NCBI GenBank assembly: GCA_963727625.1
Contig: CAVSHR010000002.1
Span: forward strand, 128,001 to 192,000
Direction of reading: 5' to 3'
DNA: 64,000 bases
Origin: an uncultured delta proteobacterium
GTDB lineage: Bacteria > Desulfobacterota > Binatia > UBA9968
The notes beneath the pieces are model-generated. The model saw only the letters and a list, made by a program, of their open reading frames with translations, was not told the origin of the DNA and made no database searches. Positions 59,940 through 64,000 of the stretch are shown here, piece after piece. Numbering within the stretch: the first letter of the stretch is position 1; every line of letters starts with the position of its first letter. Both the position numbers and the translations under genes were made by a program.

Positions 59940-61040
59940 TTAGCCCAACCGCAGTAGCCGCGCGGCGTTTTCGCCCATGATTTTCCTTTTCGTTGCAGCG
60001 TTCAAATCTTCGCGATTGAGAATCATATCGGTAACACCGGGAAAGGTCGCGTCCCAGTGCGGATAGTCGGAGGCGAAGACCACCCGGTCTGCGGCGATGG
60101 AATCGATCACTTGACCCAAGCGAGTCTCATCGGCTTCGAACGAGGTGAAACATTGGCGGCGAAAATAGTCGCTCGGTTTCATTTTCAGCCATGGCACTTG
60201 GAAGGGTAAAATTTCATAGTGTTCGTCCATGCGCCAGAGCCAGTAGGGCAACCATCCGGCGCCGGATTCGAGAAAGACCACTTGAAGCTCGGGATGACGT
60301 TCCAGAGTTCCCTTGCAGATCATGCCGAGGCTCGCGAGCATCTGCTCCAGCGGATGGGAAATCGTGTGGGTGAAAAACCACTGGCCGGCGAAACGGTCGG
60401 CGCCGGCGGTGGGCAGAAATGCGCCCGAGCCTTCGTGAATCAAAAGCGGCACGCCTAGATCGACGACGGTTTTGTAGAGCGGATCGTAATAGGGATCGTC
60501 GATGTTGCGCCCCTTGACCGGATTGGGCCGGACGAAGACGCCCTTGAAGCCGAGTTCGTTGACCGCGCGCTTGGCTTCGTCGGCGGCGAGCTTGACGTCC
60601 TGCACTGGTATGGCGGCGACGCCCATCAATCGTTTGCGATCCTCGGCGCAGTAATCGTAGAGCCAGTTGTTGTAGGCGCGGCAGAGCGCCGCGGCGTAGG
60701 CTTCTTCTTCAACCGATGCCAGATAGAGTCCCGCCGAGGGGAACAGCAGGCCGCGTTCGATGCGGTCTCGGTCCATGGCCTCGATGCGCTGTTTCGGGTT
60801 GGTGGCGAGATGGCGTTGCTCGTTCACCGGCGAGCCGTCGTCTTTGACGCGAAACGGCGACTCATCCGGCCTCCGGTGGTGGCGCTCGCCTTCGAGGCGA
60901 AACAAAAGCTGGCCGTTGGCGACTTTTTCGATCTTCGGCGCGCGGGCGCGAAACGGCGCTTCCAAATATTTCTCGAACAGATCGTCGGCCTCGCGCACAT
61001 GGCCGTCGATATCGATAATACGGGTTCCGTTGTCAGGCAT
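59940..61040 (-). CDS. Amidohydrolase family protein (Amidohydro_2)
   Basis: IIDIDGHV, RAYNNWL, LIHEG, FLESGAGW, FASDYPHWD. Confidence 0.9.
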   Translation of the reverse strand: MPDNGTRIIDIDGHVREADDLFEKYLEAPFRARAPKIEKVANGQLLFRLEGERHHRRPDESPFRVKDDGSPVNEQRHLATNPKQRIEAMDRDRIERGLLFPSAGLYLASVEEEAYAAALCRAYNNWLYDYCAEDRKRLMGVAAIPVQDVKLAADEAKRAVNELGFKGVFVRPNPVKGRNIDDPYYDPLYKTVVDLGVPLLIHEGSGAFLPTAGADRFAGQWFFTHTISHPLEQMLASLGMICKGTLERHPELQVVFLESGAGWLPYWLWRMDEHYEILPFQVPWLKMKPSDYFRRQCFTSFEADETRLGQVIDSIAADRVVFASDYPHWDATFPGVTDMILNREDLNAATKRKIMGENAARLLRLG

Positions 61041-61340
61041 GACTATCTCCGTTCGCCCAGCACTTCTGTGTTGCTCTGTATCCAGCCTGGGCAAATAATT
61101 CAAGCGATTGCGTCGCGTGCAATCGAAAGATGACTTCGGTTGCAACCGGGAAGTTTTTCACGCTACAGTCGGCGCGATGAAATTTTATGATTCGCTACGA
61201 AATCGCTTGCTCCGTGTTCGATAGGTCGCCATTTAGCTGCGAAACCGCCAAACGGATTGAAACCCCCGAGGGGTTGAAGACCGGGCCATTGCGGCGTATC
61301 GGATAGATAGAAGCAATATCCAGAAAGAGGGAGGCCCGTC

Positions 61341-62588
61341 ATGATTCAATATGCACCGAAATTGACTTACGGTCCTGAGGTTGCCGATTGGCAGGAGCGG
61401 CTCAACCCGGAGCGCATGCGCCGATTGCGATTCGAGCGCGCTCAGATGATCATGCGCAAGCATGGCATTGCGGCGATCCTCGAGGCCAATCATCAAAACA
61501 TCCGCTATCTCACGGCGCTCAAGGGCTTTGCCTATCCCATGGTCCGCTACGTGCTTTTCTTCGCCGAGCATGATCCGGTGATGTACGAGCACAACGGCTA
61601 CTATCACCAGATGCCCGACCAGTGCCCATGGATCAAAGAGTGGCGTCCGGCGCGCTCTTGGCTCACCGGCGCGCCGGGGCCGGAAGCCTGCGCCCTGGAA
61701 GCCAAGGCGTTTGCCGGCGAGATCAAAGCGGAGCTCGAAAAGCGCGGCTTACTCGGCGAGAAGCTCGGTCTCGGCAGCTTCGACGGTTATGCGCGCGAGG
61801 CGCTGGTCAACGCCGGCGTGAAAAACATCGTCGATACCCGCCAGCTCATGCTCGAAGCGCGCATGGTCAAGAACCAGGACGAGATCGCCTGCTTGAAGAC
61901 CTGCGCCGCCATGGTCGACGGCGTGTGGTTTCGCATGTGGGAAAATTTAAAACCGGGAATGAGAGACACCGACTTGATGACCTTGGGCTCCACGGCCGGC
62001 TATGAGATCGGTCTGGAATCGGCGGTGCCGGGCGGCTGGCGCACCGGTCCGATGACCTTCGACCGCGGGCCGCATGCCACCAGCCGGATCATTCAGTTCG
62101 GCGATTTGATGTACGGTTCGTATTGCGGCGCGACCTATATGGGTTACGGCAGTTGCACCTATCGGACTTTTATCGTCGGCCGCCAACCAACGCCGAAGGA
62201 AAAAGATTGGTACAAAGTGATGCGCGAGCGGATCGACGCGATCATCGGCGAGATCAAGCCGGGAAAGACCACCGCCGACGCGGCCAAGCATTTTCCGCCG
62301 GCGAGCAAATGGGGTTACAAGAGCGAAGTCGAAGTGCTCGCAAGCGAGATCGGCCACGGCATCGGCCTGGGTACGAGCACAGGCTATGACGTGCCGATCA
62401 TCAACCGGCTCTGGTCGCTGGATCATCCGCAGGTGTTCGAAGAGGGGATGACCCTGGCCGTCGAATGCCGCGAAGGCGAACATCGGGTGGGCGGTGTGCG
62501 CCTGGAGAACATGATGGTGGTGACCAAGAACGGCGCCGAGATCATGGACTATTTCCCGCGCGAAGAGATCCTGATCGCGCCGCGGTGA
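61341..62588 (+). CDS. M24 (Xaa-Pro peptidase-like) family protein
   Basis: NIRYLT, ARMVKNQDEI, GHGIGL, GMTLAVE, GVRLENM; RBS GGAGG. Confidence 0.85.
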   Translation: MIQYAPKLTYGPEVADWQERLNPERMRRLRFERAQMIMRKHGIAAILEANHQNIRYLTALKGFAYPMVRYVLFFAEHDPVMYEHNGYYHQMPDQCPWIKEWRPARSWLTGAPGPEACALEAKAFAGEIKAELEKRGLLGEKLGLGSFDGYAREALVNAGVKNIVDTRQLMLEARMVKNQDEIACLKTCAAMVDGVWFRMWENLKPGMRDTDLMTLGSTAGYEIGLESAVPGGWRTGPMTFDRGPHATSRIIQFGDLMYGSYCGATYMGYGSCTYRTFIVGRQPTPKEKDWYKVMRERIDAIIGEIKPGKTTADAAKHFPPASKWGYKSEVEVLASEIGHGIGLGTSTGYDVPIINRLWSLDHPQVFEEGMTLAVECREGEHRVGGVRLENMMVVTKNGAEIMDYFPREEILIAPR

Positions 62589-62678
62589 CCCGCCGCAACT
62601 GCGGCGCGATTCTTAGCGATTAGAATTGAGCCGCGCTGTGATCCGAATTGCTAACCGGGCGGCGCGCCGCGGTGTCGC
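62486..62678. repeat. Direct repeat copy 1 (3' end of M24 gene plus downstream)
   Basis: Aligns with 63326-63518 at offset 840. Confidence 0.95.
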
Positions 62679-62713
62679 AATCACGGAAAAGCTACCAACG
62701 CCCGTCTCAAACG

Positions 62714-62827
62714 TCAGACCGTTATCGCTTGCTGGTCGTTTCCTACACCGAGAGGCCGCCGAGAACGCGAATTATTAGCGCTCGGCTGGCAGCTCGAAAA
62801 GAACGAAAACAATATGAAGAAAAGTAA
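62714..62827 (+). pseudogene. BrnT-family toxin, C-terminal remnant
   Basis: SDRYRLLVVSYTERPPRTRIISARLAARKERKQYEEK*; N-terminus absent. Confidence 0.75.
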
Positions 62828-63065
62828 AAAGAAACCCCGGCCATCGGACTTTGACGAAGACACGATGCGACCTGAATACGATTTCTCAAAGGCGGTCCGT
62901 GGTGTGACGGCGGCACGGTACGCGGAAGGTACCAACGTCGTACTTCTCGACCCAGATGTTGCAGAAATCTTTCCTGATACTCGTGCAGTTAACGAAGCAT
63001 TGCGTACGATGGCACGCGTGACGCGCACAACTTTGCGACAGCGCGTTCGCAAACGCACTGCATAA
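62814..63065 (+). CDS. BrnA-like antitoxin
   Basis: MRPEYDFSKAVRG, VLLDPDVAEIFPD..AVNEALR; overlaps toxin remnant. Confidence 0.8.
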   Translation: MKKSKKKPRPSDFDEDTMRPEYDFSKAVRGVTAARYAEGTNVVLLDPDVAEIFPDTRAVNEALRTMARVTRTTLRQRVRKRTA

Positions 63066-63119
63066 CCATTGAGTTGAGAAAGCTGCAGCGGAGCGCGCCT
63101 CTCACCCAAAACGTTCGGC
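63060..63119 (+). mobile_element. Putative integron attC site
   Basis: GCATAAC (overlapping the gene's TAA) ... GAGTTGAGA ... TCTCACCC ... GTTCGGC, about 60 bp. Confidence 0.55.
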
Positions 63120-63325
63120 GGACTAGTAGCACGCCAGATCCGAGGAGTAAGAAATTGAAAGTTTGGCTGACGTAGCGGCTATGACGGTTGTTCATGTTCA
63201 GGCGAGCGACGCGGTTCAGTCAGTTAATGGCGGGCCTATCTCGAATCCGTTCGTCGGCACCTGGCTGATCACTGAAACGTCCGTGCATGCGGGGCGCCGC
63301 CGAACAACTGGCGCGGGTCCGCGTC

Positions 63326-63518
63326 GGTGGGCGGTGTGCGCCTGGAAAACATGATGGTGGTGACCAAAAACGGCGCCGAGATCATGGATTATTTTCCGCG
63401 CGAAGAAATTTTGATCGCGCCGCGGTGACCCGCCGCAACTGCGGCGCGATTCTTAACGATTAGAATTGAGCCGCGCTGTGATCCGAATTGCTAACCGGGT
63501 GGCGCGCCGCGGTGCCGC
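63326..63518. repeat. Direct repeat copy 2 (orphan 3' end of M24 gene)
   Basis: Encodes VGGVRLENMMVVTKNGAEIMDYFPREEILIAPR*, protein-identical with synonymous changes. Confidence 0.95.
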
Positions 63519-63897
63519 CCGGCCGCCGCGTGCATTCCCTTCGACGAATTCCACCTGCACGATTCCGGCGCAAACCGCATCGATATTTTCCGTCAAAGTT
63601 TTGATGCCGGGTAAAGATACCATCGATAATCGGTTGTACCGCAAGGCGACCACGATGATTGACGATCAAGTGATCTGCGTTGCGAACGCAATCGACCAAC
63701 TGATGACCTTTCAGCTCACTCCTGCGGGAATATTGTGGCCGAAATAGGCCGCCGTTCGTTAGTCCAGATAACCCGCCGCCCTGGCGGCTTTTGCCGGGAA
63801 ACGAAACATTGACACATTGGGGTAGCTGGCTGATATTGCAACCGATTTGGATTTTATTGGCGGAACCATTGCCGGGTTAGGCGGTAATCTGACCGTG

Positions 63898-64000
63898 ATG
63901 AACGCACTTTTTAGCCTGGGACTCTCCTTGCTCGCTTCCGTCGCGTTCGCGCAGGACCTCCGGACTCTCGATCACCAGGGTATAAGCCGCAGTTTTCTCA
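63898..64000 (+). CDS. Exported protein, 5' part only
   Basis: MNALFSLGLSLLASVAFAQDLRTLDHQGISRSFL, signal peptide ending AFA; runs off window. Confidence 0.55.
   Translation, partial: MNALFSLGLSLLASVAFAQDLRTLDHQGISRSFL

Noticed and set aside
63453-63747. Short ORFs on both strands after the second M24 repeat
   Set aside because: They start or end inside the duplicated segment and show no recognisable domain or clear RBS

Overview
GC-rich bacterial chromosome segment. The gene repertoire (many amidohydrolases, cupins, LLM oxidoreductases, orphan substrate-binding proteins, multi-GAF kinase) resembles Candidatus Binatia, which is inference only. Most of the window is catabolic/housekeeping genes: an aromatic ring-cleavage-like cluster at 1.0-7.7 kb, a desaturase locus, nbaC, thiolase/DUF35, a hydantoinase/acetone-carboxylase-like pair and an Xaa-Pro peptidase. 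Several accessory patches interrupt it. (i) 15.2-19.1 kb: a RelE-type TA pair, a TIR-TM-FGE/CLec gene whose 3' end looks like a DGR variable repeat, and a TIR + NDT-like gene pair. (ii) 26.9-28.1 kb: a trypsin-FKBP fusion. (iii) 35.3-49.6 kb: a tandem array of PF04392-type ABC substrate-binding paralogues and fragments sharing a conserved 3' tail (9 copies), a MazF-type TA pair and an 8-GAF histidine kinase. (iv) 62.7-63.5 kb: a BrnT/BrnA remnant with attC-like sites. A recurring architecture is visible: cargo, mostly a TA module, sits between a gene and a diverged partial duplicate of that gene's end. Intergenic DNA is rich in 7-9-nt-period palindromic repeats. No rRNA, tRNA, CRISPR array, integrase, transposase or reverse transcriptase was recognised. 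All product calls come from motif recognition by eye, not database searches.
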